DNA of 24,000 nucleotides from Halobacteriales archaeon QS_3_64_16 (GCA_003021705.1 PXRJ01000001.1:169165-193164), one strand, 5' to 3'; shown: positions 8,201-17,312, counted from the stretch's first letter. A program made the numbers and translations. Notes: generated by a model not told the origin, from the letters alone.

Positions 8201-8316
8201 CGCGGTCTCCTGCCGCCTCGATCGTGCCCTGACGGGACGGTCTCGGGTCGACTCGCGCGCGAGCGAGTAATACTACATCCGCGAGTCGATCGGGTAATCC
8301 GCGCCGATCGATCCGG

Positions 8317-8324
8317 TTATAAAA
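8317..8324. promoter_or_regulatory. Strong near-symmetric TATA box (TTATAAAA) inside the CCGGT...ACCGG context
   Basis: The best TATA consensus in the window, located 34 nt upstream of ATG 8354. It reads as TATA on both strands. Confidence 0.45.
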
Positions 8325-8500
8325 GCACCGGCTATTCGAACGACGAACGACGAATGAACGGCGCTAAAACGATCGTGAACAGTATACTCGATTCTGAGCC
8401 GCTCGAAGTCGAATACGGCTGCCCTCCGGCGATAAACGGTCGAAACGACCCCCAACGGAATCGGGTTTTTATGCTCTTACCTGGCGGAGAAGGAGTTGCG

Positions 8501-8701
8501 ATGGCAGCCACTACCCATACCCCGGACGGAGCGACCGAGAGTTGTACCGTCTGTGAGAGCGAGACCCCCCACGACGTACGCATCGAGATTCGCACCGAGA
8601 GCAAAAAAGAGCACAACGCCCAGTACTCCCGGGAACCCTACCGCGTCACGACCTGTCTGCATTGTGGCGACGAGGACGTCCTTCGCATGAACAACGCCTG
8701 A
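8501..8701 (+). CDS. Small zinc-ribbon protein (66 aa, CxxC...CxxC)
   Basis: CTVCE and CLHCG pairs lie 33 residues apart. Hand-counted GC3 is about 76% for this part against about 55% for the upstream 49 codons of the 115-aa ORF. A T-rich box (8465-8474) lies about 32 nt upstream of ATG 8501. Alternative start at 8354. Confidence 0.6.
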   Translation: MAATTHTPDGATESCTVCESETPHDVRIEIRTESKKEHNAQYSREPYRVTTCLHCGDEDVLRMNNA

Positions 8702-8934
8702 ACTCCCTCGCGTCCGTGACCGCCGCCGCCGAGCGTCCCTGCCGATGCGCTCTCCGCCGACGTCCGCCGGCACCCCGCTGACTCCTCCGCTGGCCCTCCT
8801 TTGTCGTTCGCGCTACGACGATCGGACCCGACTCGGGCCACTCCGATCGCTTGTCCGGTTCGGGTCGACGGTAGTTTTCCGGGTGATCCTTCCGCCCACC
8901 GGCGACGAGCGTACGATCGCGCGAGGGCAAAGCA

Positions 8935-8941
8935 GTTAAAC
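8935..8941 (+). promoter_or_regulatory. TATA-like box GTTAAAC for the lutC-like gene
   Basis: Centred about 27 nt upstream of ATG 8965. The same heptamer sits about 30 nt upstream of the RecJ-like gene. Confidence 0.4.
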
Positions 8942-8964
8942 GAGCGGGAGTGAGACGCACTACC

Positions 8965-9504
8965 ATGAGTCTCGAAGTATCGCCGGACACGGAAGCGATA
9001 GCGGCGTTCGAGTCGACGCTTGAGAAACGCGACCTCGCGGCGTCGGTAACGATCACGTCGGCCGCGGAGTTCTCCGACGCTCTGTCGGACCTCCTCGATC
9101 CGCCCGTCGTCGCCGCGGCACTTCCCTTCGAGGGAATCTCCTACGAGGACGTAGACAACGAGATCACGCTCTCGCCCGACCCCGCCGACCTTGACGCCGC
9201 CCGCACCGGGATTACGGCTGCCGGGCTCGGGGTTGCCGACTACGGAACCGTCACGATCCGCTCGACGCCCGGTGGCGAGGAGTTCGTGAGCCTCTATCCC
9301 GAACGTCACGTCGTCGTGGTCGCCGCGAGCGATATCGTCCCCGACATGCCGACCGCCTTCGACCGGCTCGCCGAGGAGTTCGAGGCGGGCCATACCTCAC
9401 AGATCTTAGCGACCGGCCCGAGTGCGACCGGCGACATGGGCGGCATCGTGAAAGGGGTACACGGCCCACAGGAAGTTCATATCATCGTTCTGGAGGACTG
9501 CTGA
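8965..9504 (+). CDS. lutC: LUD-domain protein, LutC/LldG-like lactate utilisation protein
   Basis: Size and LUD-type sequence (ADYGTVTIRSTPGGEEFVSLYPERHVVVV...ATGPSATGDMGGI), immediately followed by the lutB-like gene with a 1-nt gap. ATG 8965 is preferred over GTG 8950 because of the TATA spacing. Confidence 0.8.
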   Translation: MSLEVSPDTEAIAAFESTLEKRDLAASVTITSAAEFSDALSDLLDPPVVAAALPFEGISYEDVDNEITLSPDPADLDAARTGITAAGLGVADYGTVTIRSTPGGEEFVSLYPERHVVVVAASDIVPDMPTAFDRLAEEFEAGHTSQILATGPSATGDMGGIVKGVHGPQEVHIIVLEDC

Positions 9505-9505
9505 G

Positions 9506-11821
9506 ATGGCCTCCGAAGGCCCCAGGGATTCCTCCAAGCACCCGAACTACTCGAACCCCGCAGTAGAGGAGACCGATCCCGAGGGCGAACCTGGCGCGGC
9601 AGCCGAGGCCGGTCCCGCCGATGGAGCACGCTCCCGCCGGGAGAAAGCCGCGGCGCTGCGCCACCTCATGGCCACCGAGGGAGAGACCGTCGGTAAGAAC
9701 ACCAGAGGGTTCAACGAGAGCACCGAGGAGGCGATTTCGCACATCTCGAACTACGAGGACCTCCGCGATCGGACTCGTGCGATCAAGAAAGAGGCCATCG
9801 CGGAGCTCCCGGACCTGATCGATCGGGTAACCGAGGCGGTCGAGGCAAACGGCGGGTCGGTCTACGTCGCCGAGGACGCCGTAGACGCCAATAGCCATAT
9901 CGCCTCGCTCATGAACGAGCACAGCGCCGAGAAGATGGTCAAGTCGAAATCGATGACCACGGAAGAACTCGAACTCAACGCTGCGTTAGAGAAAGAGGAC
10001 TTCGACGTGGTCGAGACCGACCTCGGCGAGTGGGTTATCCAGATCGCCGAGGAAGCGCCCTCTCACCTCATCGGCCCCGCGATCCACAAGTCCCCCGAGG
10101 AAATCGCGACGCTATTCAACGAGCACTTCGAGCCCGCAGAACCCTTTACCGGGGACCCCAACGAACTCACCCGGTTCGCCCGGGACAAGGTCGGCGAGCA
10201 TATCCAGGACGCCGACATCGGCCTGACCGGCGCGAACTTCGTCATGGCCGAGTCGGGCTCGATCGCACTGGTAACCAATGAGGGTAACGCCCGCAAAACC
10301 GCCATCACCCCACCGACCCACGTCGCGGTCACCGGCGTCGAGAAGCTCCTGCCCTCCGTCCGGGAACTCGCACCTTTCGTCGAGTTGATCGGACGGACCG
10401 GCACCGGCCAGGACATCACTTCCTACGTCTCGCTGCTCACGCCGCCGACTGACTCCCCGGTACTCGACTTCGAGGCACCCGATGAACCAATGGCCGAGGG
10501 CGATCGGGATTTTCACTTGGTGCTCGTCGACAACGGCCGGCTAGCGATGCGCGAGGACGATCAACTGCGCGAGACGCTCTACTGCATCCGGTGTGGCGCG
10601 TGTAACAACTCCTGTGCGAACTTCCAGAGCGTCGGCGGCCACGGCTTCGGCGGCGAGACCTACACCGGGGGTATTGGCACCGGCTGGGAGGCCGGCATCG
10701 AGGGCCTCGACAGCGCCGGTGAGTTCAACGATCTCTGTACCGGCTGTAGCCGCTGTGTGAATAAATGTCCCGTTAAGATCGACATCCCCTGGATCAACAC
10801 GGTGGTCAGGGATCGGGTCAATCGCGGCGGCGAGGAGAGCGACTACTCCTTTCTCGTCGAGGGACTGACGCCCGATAGCGAGCCGAGGGGGATCGACGTA
10901 CAGAAACGCCTTTTCGGCAACATCGAGAGCCTCGCGAAACTCGGGAGCGTGACCGCCCCGCTGTCGAACTGGCTCACGGGCACCCGACCCGCACGGGCGC
11001 TTCTCGATCGCGCGCTCGGCGTCGACGCCCGCCGGGAGCTACCCCAATGGCGACGCGAGACCTTCCGAGACTGGGCGAGCGGTCGGGAGTCGATCTCGGA
11101 AGCCGAGCGGGAAGTCGTGCTCTATCCCGATCTCTATACGAACTACGTGCTCCCCGAGCGCGGGAAAGCCGCCGTGCGAGTCCTCGAAGCGCTCGGCGTC
11201 GGTGTCACCGTTCCCGAGGTCGGCGAGAGCGGGCGCGCACCGCTCTCCCAGGGGATGATCGCGACCGCCGACCGGAAGGCGAGTGCAGTCTATGCGAACC
11301 TCGCCGAACACGTCGATGCCGGTCGCGACGTCGTCGTCATCGAGCCGAGTGACCTAGCGATGTTCAGGAACGACTACGAGAAACTCCTTCCGGAGAAATC
11401 CTTCGAGCGCTTGCGGGATAGTTCCTACGAGGTCATGGAGTACGTCTACGGGTTGCTGGAGAACGGTGCCGACCGCGAGGCGCTTCCGAAGGCGAACGGC
11501 ACGGGCAAATTAGCCTATCACAGTCACTGCCAGCAGCGCACGCTCGGTCTCGAACCCTACACGACGACAATACTCTCCGATCTCGGCTACGACGTCACCA
11601 CCTCTGACGTCGAGTGCTGTGGGATGGCCGGCTCGTTTGGCTACAAATCGGAGTACTATGAAGTGAGTATGGACGTCGGCCGGCAACTCAAAGACCAGTT
11701 CGAAGCCGAACGGGCGGACGGCCGAACGCTCGTTGCGAGCGGCACCTCCTGTGGCGATCAACTCGAAGCGCTGTTCGGCGACGCTCCGCCGCACCCGATC
11801 GAGTTGCTCGATCCGCGCTGA
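9506..11821 (+). CDS. lutB: LutB/LldF-like iron-sulfur lactate utilisation protein fused to a LutA/LldE-like cysteine-rich (CCG) domain protein
   Basis: N-terminal LUD-type domain, two 4Fe-4S motifs (CIRCGACNNSC, CTGCSRCVNKCP), then a C-terminal region (from about nt 11090) with YHSHCQQ and ECCGMAGSFGY CCG motifs. Confidence 0.85.
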   Translation: MASEGPRDSSKHPNYSNPAVEETDPEGEPGAAAEAGPADGARSRREKAAALRHLMATEGETVGKNTRGFNESTEEAISHISNYEDLRDRTRAIKKEAIAELPDLIDRVTEAVEANGGSVYVAEDAVDANSHIASLMNEHSAEKMVKSKSMTTEELELNAALEKEDFDVVETDLGEWVIQIAEEAPSHLIGPAIHKSPEEIATLFNEHFEPAEPFTGDPNELTRFARDKVGEHIQDADIGLTGANFVMAESGSIALVTNEGNARKTAITPPTHVAVTGVEKLLPSVRELAPFVELIGRTGTGQDITSYVSLLTPPTDSPVLDFEAPDEPMAEGDRDFHLVLVDNGRLAMREDDQLRETLYCIRCGACNNSCANFQSVGGHGFGGETYTGGIGTGWEAGIEGLDSAGEFNDLCTGCSRCVNKCPVKIDIPWINTVVRDRVNRGGEESDYSFLVEGLTPDSEPRGIDVQKRLFGNIESLAKLGSVTAPLSNWLTGTRPARALLDRALGVDARRELPQWRRETFRDWASGRESISEAEREVVLYPDLYTNYVLPERGKAAVRVLEALGVGVTVPEVGESGRAPLSQGMIATADRKASAVYANLAEHVDAGRDVVVIEPSDLAMFRNDYEKLLPEKSFERLRDSSYEVMEYVYGLLENGADREALPKANGTGKLAYHSHCQQRTLGLEPYTTTILSDLGYDVTTSDVECCGMAGSFGYKSEYYEVSMDVGRQLKDQFEAERADGRTLVASGTSCGDQLEALFGDAPPHPIELLDPR

Positions 11822-11964
11822 AATCGTCCTCGCTTCTCCCCTCTCATCCGTCGTAGCGAGACGATCGATCGAAATTTAACCACTCGTTAAAGGCTTCGCC
11901 GGGATCGTCGAATGATCCAACGGCCGTTTTCGAGCGCCGTTCAGGACGAAGTGAACGTGTGAAC

Positions 11965-11987
11965 TGACCGTCGAGCGTCGACGGTCA
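11965..11987. terminator. Perfect 10-bp stem hairpin in the convergent intergenic region
   Basis: TGACCGTCGA-GCG-TCGACGGTCA, located 4 nt beyond the stop codon of the minus-strand dehydrogenase gene. Confidence 0.35.
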
Positions 11988-11990
11988 TCC

Positions 11991-14900
11991 TCAGCGAACG
12001 ACCGCTTCAGCCACTTTCTCGATGGGGTGGGGTGGGTCGTCGTAGCGTTCGCCCAGTTGGGTGCGACAGGACGCTCCTGGCGCGACGATTTCCTCACCGG
12101 AACTCGCCTCGACCTGGTCGTAGAGGATCGACGCGATCGCCTTACTCATTGAGAGGTGTTCGGCCTCGTAGCCGAACGAGCCAGCCATCCCACAACAGCC
12201 CGAATCGAGCGGGTCGACCGGATAGCCCGCCCGTCGAAGCACGCCGACCGCGTGGTGGTCTTTCTTCGTTGCCTTCTGGTGGCAGTGACCGTGATAGGTC
12301 AGTTCCTTCTCCGCGGCGTCGAAGTCCAGTCCTCGATCGAGGTCGAGGACGTCGACGTACTCACAGATTCCATACGTGTTCGCCGCGACCCGCTCGACGT
12401 CCTGGGTCTCGCGCCAGCCGCCGTCGGCCGCCGGCTGGGGACCGCCCTCACCGACGGCGACGGTCCCCGTCGGCTCGCGCTCCGACCCGAGTAGGAGGTC
12501 CCGGTAGTCGGACTGATACATGACGGCATCGGAAGGCTCGATCGTCACGATGTCCCAGCCGTCTCCGACGAGCGGGCCGAGGCGAGAAACGTTCTCTTCG
12601 GCCTGTTCTCGTGACTCCCCGAGGAAGCCCTTCGAGTGGGCCGGCCGTCCGCTATCGGAGAGCTCTTCGGGTACTCGGAGATGGACGCCGGCGGCTTCGA
12701 GCACGTAGACCGACGCTCGGCCTGCCCTGGGATGGCTGTAGTTCGTATAGGTATCGGGCAAAAGTATCGCCCGCTGGTCGGCCTTTGCTTCCGAAACCGC
12801 CGCCCCGCCGCGGGCTTCGAACCAGTCGGCGAAGGACTGGGAGTGAAAGGTCGGCAGCGTCCGGTCGCGGGCGATCCCCAACCCCGCTTCGAGCGCTCGT
12901 CGGGAACCTGGTATCGCGGTCGCGAGGTTCGACAGCGGCGCGGTTGCGCTGCCGAGCTTCGAGAACAGGTCGATATTCGCGAAGACACGATCGCGAAGCG
13001 TCGCGCCGTGGCGCTGGTGGTACTCGTGAGTCAGTTCGGCTTTGAGTTTGGCCATGTCGACCTCGCTCGGACAGTCCTTCGCACAGCCCTTACAGCCGAT
13101 ACAGAGATCCATCACCTCCTGCATGAACTCCGGATCGAACTGTTCGTCTTCGGGCAGATCACCGCTCATCGCCTGCCGGAGCATGTTCGCCCGGCCCCGA
13201 GTGCTCGTGATCTCCTCCTTCGAGGCTCGGTAGGTCGGACACATCACACCACCGGTCGTCTCCTGGTGGCCCCGACAGCCCCCACAGCCGTGACAGAGCT
13301 CGACCATCCCCTGGAAGCCGTTCTCGCTCTCCCACTCGAGCACGGGAGAGAAGCCGGCCTCGAAGTCGTACTCCGGGTCGAAACGGAGATTGTCGGTCAT
13401 ATCGACGTCGCCACAGACCTGCCCGGGGTTCAGCAGCCAGTTGGGGTCGAAGGCCGACTTGAGGTCGCGGAAAACGTTCCAGAGGTGATCGCCGTAGAGC
13501 TTCCGGTTCCACTGGGTGCGCGCGCGGCCGTCGCCGTGTTCGCCCGAGACGCTGCCACCGTAGTCGACAACCATGTCGGTGACCGCCTCGGCGATTGCCT
13601 CCATCGCTTCGACGTCCTCGATATGTTTCGTGTCAAGCAGCGGCCGGATATGGAGTACCCCAGGACCAGCGTGGGCATAATAGGAGGCGAAGGTGTCGTA
13701 CTCGTCGAGAATCTCCCGAAAGCGAGAGACGAACCCGGGGAGATGTTCGGCTGGGATCGCGGTGTCCTCGATGTAGGAGATGTGTTTCTCGTCGGAGGTT
13801 CGCGATAGTAGTATCGGGAGCCCGGATTTGCGCATCTTCCAGAACTTCGCTCGGGTGTCCGCGTCGTGGGCCTCCATCGCCGCTACTGCCCGGTGGAGGG
13901 CGTTGGTCGCCGTCCCGTTCTCGGTGGGTGTGCCCTCCGAGTCGCTTGCGGGCGCGCGATCGGCGATCAGGTCCGCGACCTGCTCTCTGCCCTCTGCGTC
14001 CGATCCGGCGTAGAACTCGACGAGTAGGACCGCGGTCGTCCCCTGGGGGAGCATCGAGACCACATCGGCGAACTCGGCGGTATCGCGGGCCAGATCGAGC
14101 AATACGTCGTCCATCACCTCGACGGCTGCTGGCTCGTGGTCCAAAATCGGGGCGACGTCGGCCATCGCCTCCAAGAGGTCGTCGTAAGTCAGCAGACAGA
14201 CCGCCTTCGTTTCGGGCACGGGTTCGAGCGCGACGGTCGCCTCGGTGACGATCCCCAGGGTGCCCTCGCTGCCGGCCATGAGCCGGCCGAGATTCACCGA
14301 CCCCGACTCGGCATCGGCGACGAGCATGTCGAGATCGTATCCTGAGACGTTGCGCTTCAGATCGGGGTAGGCGTCCTCGATTTCCTCGCGTTCCTCCTCT
14401 ATTATTCTGGCGACTTCGGCGTGGATACGACCCAGTAGATCGCCGTCGTGATCGGCCCGTTCGTGGAGTTCTTCGACGCTTATCTCCCCGAACTCCTCGA
14501 CGCTGCCGTTGGCCAGTACTACCTCACACGACTCGATGTAGGCGTCGGTCTTTCCATACACCAGCGAGTGGGCGCCAGTACTGTTATTACCGATCGCCCC
14601 TCCGAGGGCGCTCTTATCGCCCCAGGCCGGGTCGGGCGCGAATTTTAGACCATCCCCGGCGAGCGCTCGATCCAGGTCGCCGAGGTAGATCCCCGACTGC
14701 GCGCGAGCAGTCCGCCCATCGGGATCGATCTCGCGAACCTCGTCCATACACCGAGTGAAATCGAGTACCACCGCCTCGTTGACCGACTGACCCGCGAGGC
14801 TCGTCCCCCCGCCGCGAGGCAGTACTGGAATCCCTTCCTCGGCACAGTAGGTCACAACCCGAGCGACGTCCGTGGTCGAGACTGGGAACACGACGCCGAT

Positions 14901-15092
14901 CGGCGTCAGTTCGTAGGCCGAGGCGTCGGTCGCATAGAGCTGCCGGGTGTAGGTATCGAAGCGGACATCGCCGGCGATCCGCTCGTCGATATCGGCCAGC
15001 AGGTCGGGACGTTCGACCTCCCCACTCTGGTAATCGTACACCGAGCTCGTAACAGCCGGATCGCCTGCCGGCTCCATGTCCTGTGAGGTCAT
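11991..15092 (-). CDS. FAD-linked oxidase (GlcD/D-lactate dehydrogenase type) fused to 4Fe-4S and CCG domains (Dld-II type)
   Basis: FAD-binding PRGGGTSLAGQ, Fe-S motifs CHGCGGC and CIGCKGCAKDCP, and C-terminal YHGHCHQ plus GCCGMAGSFGY. Start set to ATG 15092 (MTSQDMEP...), which has a TATA-like box 27 nt upstream. ATG 15077 is an alternative. Confidence 0.9.
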   Translation of the reverse strand: MTSQDMEPAGDPAVTSSVYDYQSGEVERPDLLADIDERIAGDVRFDTYTRQLYATDASAYELTPIGVVFPVSTTDVARVVTYCAEEGIPVLPRGGGTSLAGQSVNEAVVLDFTRCMDEVREIDPDGRTARAQSGIYLGDLDRALAGDGLKFAPDPAWGDKSALGGAIGNNSTGAHSLVYGKTDAYIESCEVVLANGSVEEFGEISVEELHERADHDGDLLGRIHAEVARIIEEEREEIEDAYPDLKRNVSGYDLDMLVADAESGSVNLGRLMAGSEGTLGIVTEATVALEPVPETKAVCLLTYDDLLEAMADVAPILDHEPAAVEVMDDVLLDLARDTAEFADVVSMLPQGTTAVLLVEFYAGSDAEGREQVADLIADRAPASDSEGTPTENGTATNALHRAVAAMEAHDADTRAKFWKMRKSGLPILLSRTSDEKHISYIEDTAIPAEHLPGFVSRFREILDEYDTFASYYAHAGPGVLHIRPLLDTKHIEDVEAMEAIAEAVTDMVVDYGGSVSGEHGDGRARTQWNRKLYGDHLWNVFRDLKSAFDPNWLLNPGQVCGDVDMTDNLRFDPEYDFEAGFSPVLEWESENGFQGMVELCHGCGGCRGHQETTGGVMCPTYRASKEEITSTRGRANMLRQAMSGDLPEDEQFDPEFMQEVMDLCIGCKGCAKDCPSEVDMAKLKAELTHEYHQRHGATLRDRVFANIDLFSKLGSATAPLSNLATAIPGSRRALEAGLGIARDRTLPTFHSQSFADWFEARGGAAVSEAKADQRAILLPDTYTNYSHPRAGRASVYVLEAAGVHLRVPEELSDSGRPAHSKGFLGESREQAEENVSRLGPLVGDGWDIVTIEPSDAVMYQSDYRDLLLGSEREPTGTVAVGEGGPQPAADGGWRETQDVERVAANTYGICEYVDVLDLDRGLDFDAAEKELTYHGHCHQKATKKDHHAVGVLRRAGYPVDPLDSGCCGMAGSFGYEAEHLSMSKAIASILYDQVEASSGEEIVAPGASCRTQLGERYDDPPHPIEKVAEAVVR

Positions 15093-15114
15093 ATCGCTAC
15101 TGTGCCCCTCGCGT

Positions 15115-15122
15115 CCATAAAC
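15115..15122 (-). promoter_or_regulatory. TATA-like box (minus-strand GGTTTATGG) for the dehydrogenase gene
   Basis: Centred 27 nt upstream of ATG 15092 on the minus strand. Confidence 0.4.
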
Positions 15123-15355
15123 CGACCGGCACCCTCTCGCTCGCTCCCCCGACCGGCGACCACCCGACGTCAGCGCGCCGACTACCACGATCGACCACCG
15201 ATCGGTCACCGATCGATCACCGACCGTCCGGCCGACGTCGAGACCGCTCTTCTCGAACGGTAGGCATAGACCTGAGAGTCGGTGAACTGGAACGAGAGAG
15301 GGGAGCGAGAGGAGGAAGCGGACAGAAAGTAGACGAACTGCCGGCTGCCGGGCGG

Positions 15356-16915
15356 TCAGAACACCCCTGGGAAGAGAACGTAGCTGAACAGGAGGGTGAG
15401 GATCCCGGTGACCATCGCGTGGTACGCAAGCGGGATGAGTTCGTAGCGTATCACCCGCCCCTCCTCGCCGACGAGGCCGACGACGGTGACCGCGGCGACC
15501 ACGTTGTGGACGGCAACGAGATTGCCGATCGCCCCGCCGACGGCCTGTGCGGCGACGATGATCGTCCGGGGAAGCCCGAGCTGATTCGCGACCCCGTACT
15601 AGAAGGTACCGAAGAGGATGTCACTGACCGTATTCGACCCCGCGAGGAACGCACCGAGTGCGCCGATCAGTGCCGTGAACGCCGGGTAGACGCCGCCGGC
15701 GAAGTTCGCCGTCGCCTCCGAGAGCACGATCAGCATGCTATCAGTCCCCGTTGCTTCCCCGGATTGGATCATAACCTGAACGGTCGCGACCGCAAGGAGC
15801 AACGCGATCACCGCCGGGGCGATCTTCGCCGCGGTCTCGGTCCAGGCGGCTCTGATCTCGCGTCCGTCCATCCCGTGGAGCCCGATCGTCAGGAGGTGGA
15901 CTGCGATGAACATCGCCCCGGGCAGGTACAACAGGGCAATATCGCCTTCGAGACCGGTCCCCAAAATGTCACTCCAGACGAGCAAGAGATTTTCTTGGAA
16001 GAACGTCACGAGCGGGTCCCAGACCCGCGTCACCACTAGTAATGCTGCGAGCACGACGTAGGGTTTCCAGGCCCTCCACAATGCCATCGTCTCGGCCGTC
16101 CCGCCGTCGGTAGCGACCGTGCCCGTCCGTTCGCTCGACTCGCCCGGCTGAATATCTCCAACCCAGTGGTCGGGCCAGTGTTTCTGGGGCCGAAGTCCCA
16201 CTCTTCCTCGGGAGGAACGGGCCGGCTCTGAGCGCACTCACCGTGAGGACGAGCCCCACCATCGCGCCCAGAAGCCCCGGGAGGACCGGCCCGAGAAGGT
16301 ACGCCGTTAGGAAGTACGGCACCGCGAACGACGCCCACGCGAACAGACACAGCGGCAGCACTTCGAGTGCCGGCCGGATCGAGTGTTCCTCGCCGAAAAA
16401 GCGCGTCATCATCACGACGCCGATAAACGGCAAGAACATACCGGCACTCCCGTGGATCGTCGCCGCCCAGACGCCGATCTCCGCGACCCACTCGCCGACG
16501 GACATCCCCTGGCTGGCGAGTGCCTCGCTGATCCGGGGCGTATCGCCGAAAACGTCCTCGAGCCCGATTATCAGCAGGGTGCCGACCGCACCGAAGGTGA
16601 TCGCCATGATGTTCTCGGTGAGCGCGACCACGACGGCCGCCAGCGGCGGGAACCCGAGCCCGACCAAAAGCGGGCCGACGATTGCTGCGGGCGTCCCGAA
16701 TCCGGCGGCCTCCTCGATGAACGACCCCATCAGGAACACGAGCAACACGACCTGTACGCGTCTGTCCTCGGAGATGTCGGCGAACCTGGCGTTGATCGCG
16801 TCGAACGCTCCCGTCTCCCTGAGTGTGTACAGAAGCAAAATCGCGCCGAAGACGATATAGAGGATGTTGAGTGCGGTCAACCCGCCGGTGATGCTCGCCG
16901 CAACGATCCGTCGAT
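15356..16915 (-). pseudogene. lctP: L-lactate permease (LctP/LldP family) pseudogene
   Basis: Clear LctP similarity is split across reading frames (ORFs 15969..16880 and 15599..16237). It then continues in frame past a TAG at 15599-15601 to a TGA at 15356-15358. About 60 N-terminal residues (TM1-2) are missing upstream of about 16915. Confidence 0.85.
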
Positions 16916-17283
16916 CGACCCTGTGAGGGCCTTCGGCGTCCGATGTCGGCTCGCTTCGCTGCGATCGGTGAGGCCGCTCGATTCGCCGGTTCGGAACCGA
17001 CCCGCCCGTTGGTTCGGCATAGATCGTGGCATTGCACCGCGGATAAAAACGTTTCTATTCACTGAGAGTTGCGGGCGCTCTAGAGGAACGAAAACGAACT
17101 AACCGTCCGCGACTGTCGATCGAGGACCGTTTCGTCAGCCGATTTCGCTACCAGCGTGTCCTGCCGTATCCACTGTCGGGTTTTGATGTGAAAAGACAGA
17201 AAAGAAATATTATCGCAGTGAGCGGTCGGTTCACGAGGAGACGATCGATAGGAACCTTCTCCGCGCGCCGCGTCCACTAAGGG

Positions 17284-17290
17284 TTTAAGA
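17284..17290 (+). promoter_or_regulatory. TATA-like box TTTAAGA for the PRC-barrel gene
   Basis: Centred 26 nt upstream of ATG 17313. Confidence 0.4.
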
Positions 17291-17312
17291 CCTATGCCGT
17301 CCTGGCAGGGAT

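Noticed and set aside
8354-8500. Longer 115-aa version of the zinc-ribbon ORF
   Set aside because: Lower third-position GC and nondescript composition in the first 49 codons. Kept as an alternative start because a strong TATA box precedes ATG 8354.
12636-13808. 390-aa plus-strand ORF, and several others (12032..12523, 12611..13045, 13595..14248), opposite the FAD/Fe-S dehydrogenase
   Set aside because: Shadow ORFs within a 1033-aa gene that has continuous domain motifs on the minus strand.
15093-15209. 39-codon N-terminal extension of the dehydrogenase ORF
   Set aside because: Basic, Gly/Arg-rich composition. A TATA-like box lies inside the extension, 27 nt upstream of ATG 15092.
15599-15601. 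In-frame TAG in lctP as possible pyrrolysine or programmed readthrough
   Set aside because: Halobacteria are not known to encode the Pyl machinery. The codon aligns with a conserved Gln (a CAG-to-TAG change), and the same gene also carries frameshifts and a 5' truncation, so a nonsense mutation is the simplest reading.
15083-17102. Long ORFs 15083..16039(+), 16036..17037(-), 16243..16860(+) and 16383..17102(+) over the permease locus
   Set aside because: Arg/Pro/Gly-rich alternative frames of the LctP-coding DNA. Only the frames listed under the pseudogene show transporter-like hydrophobic helices and LctP motifs.
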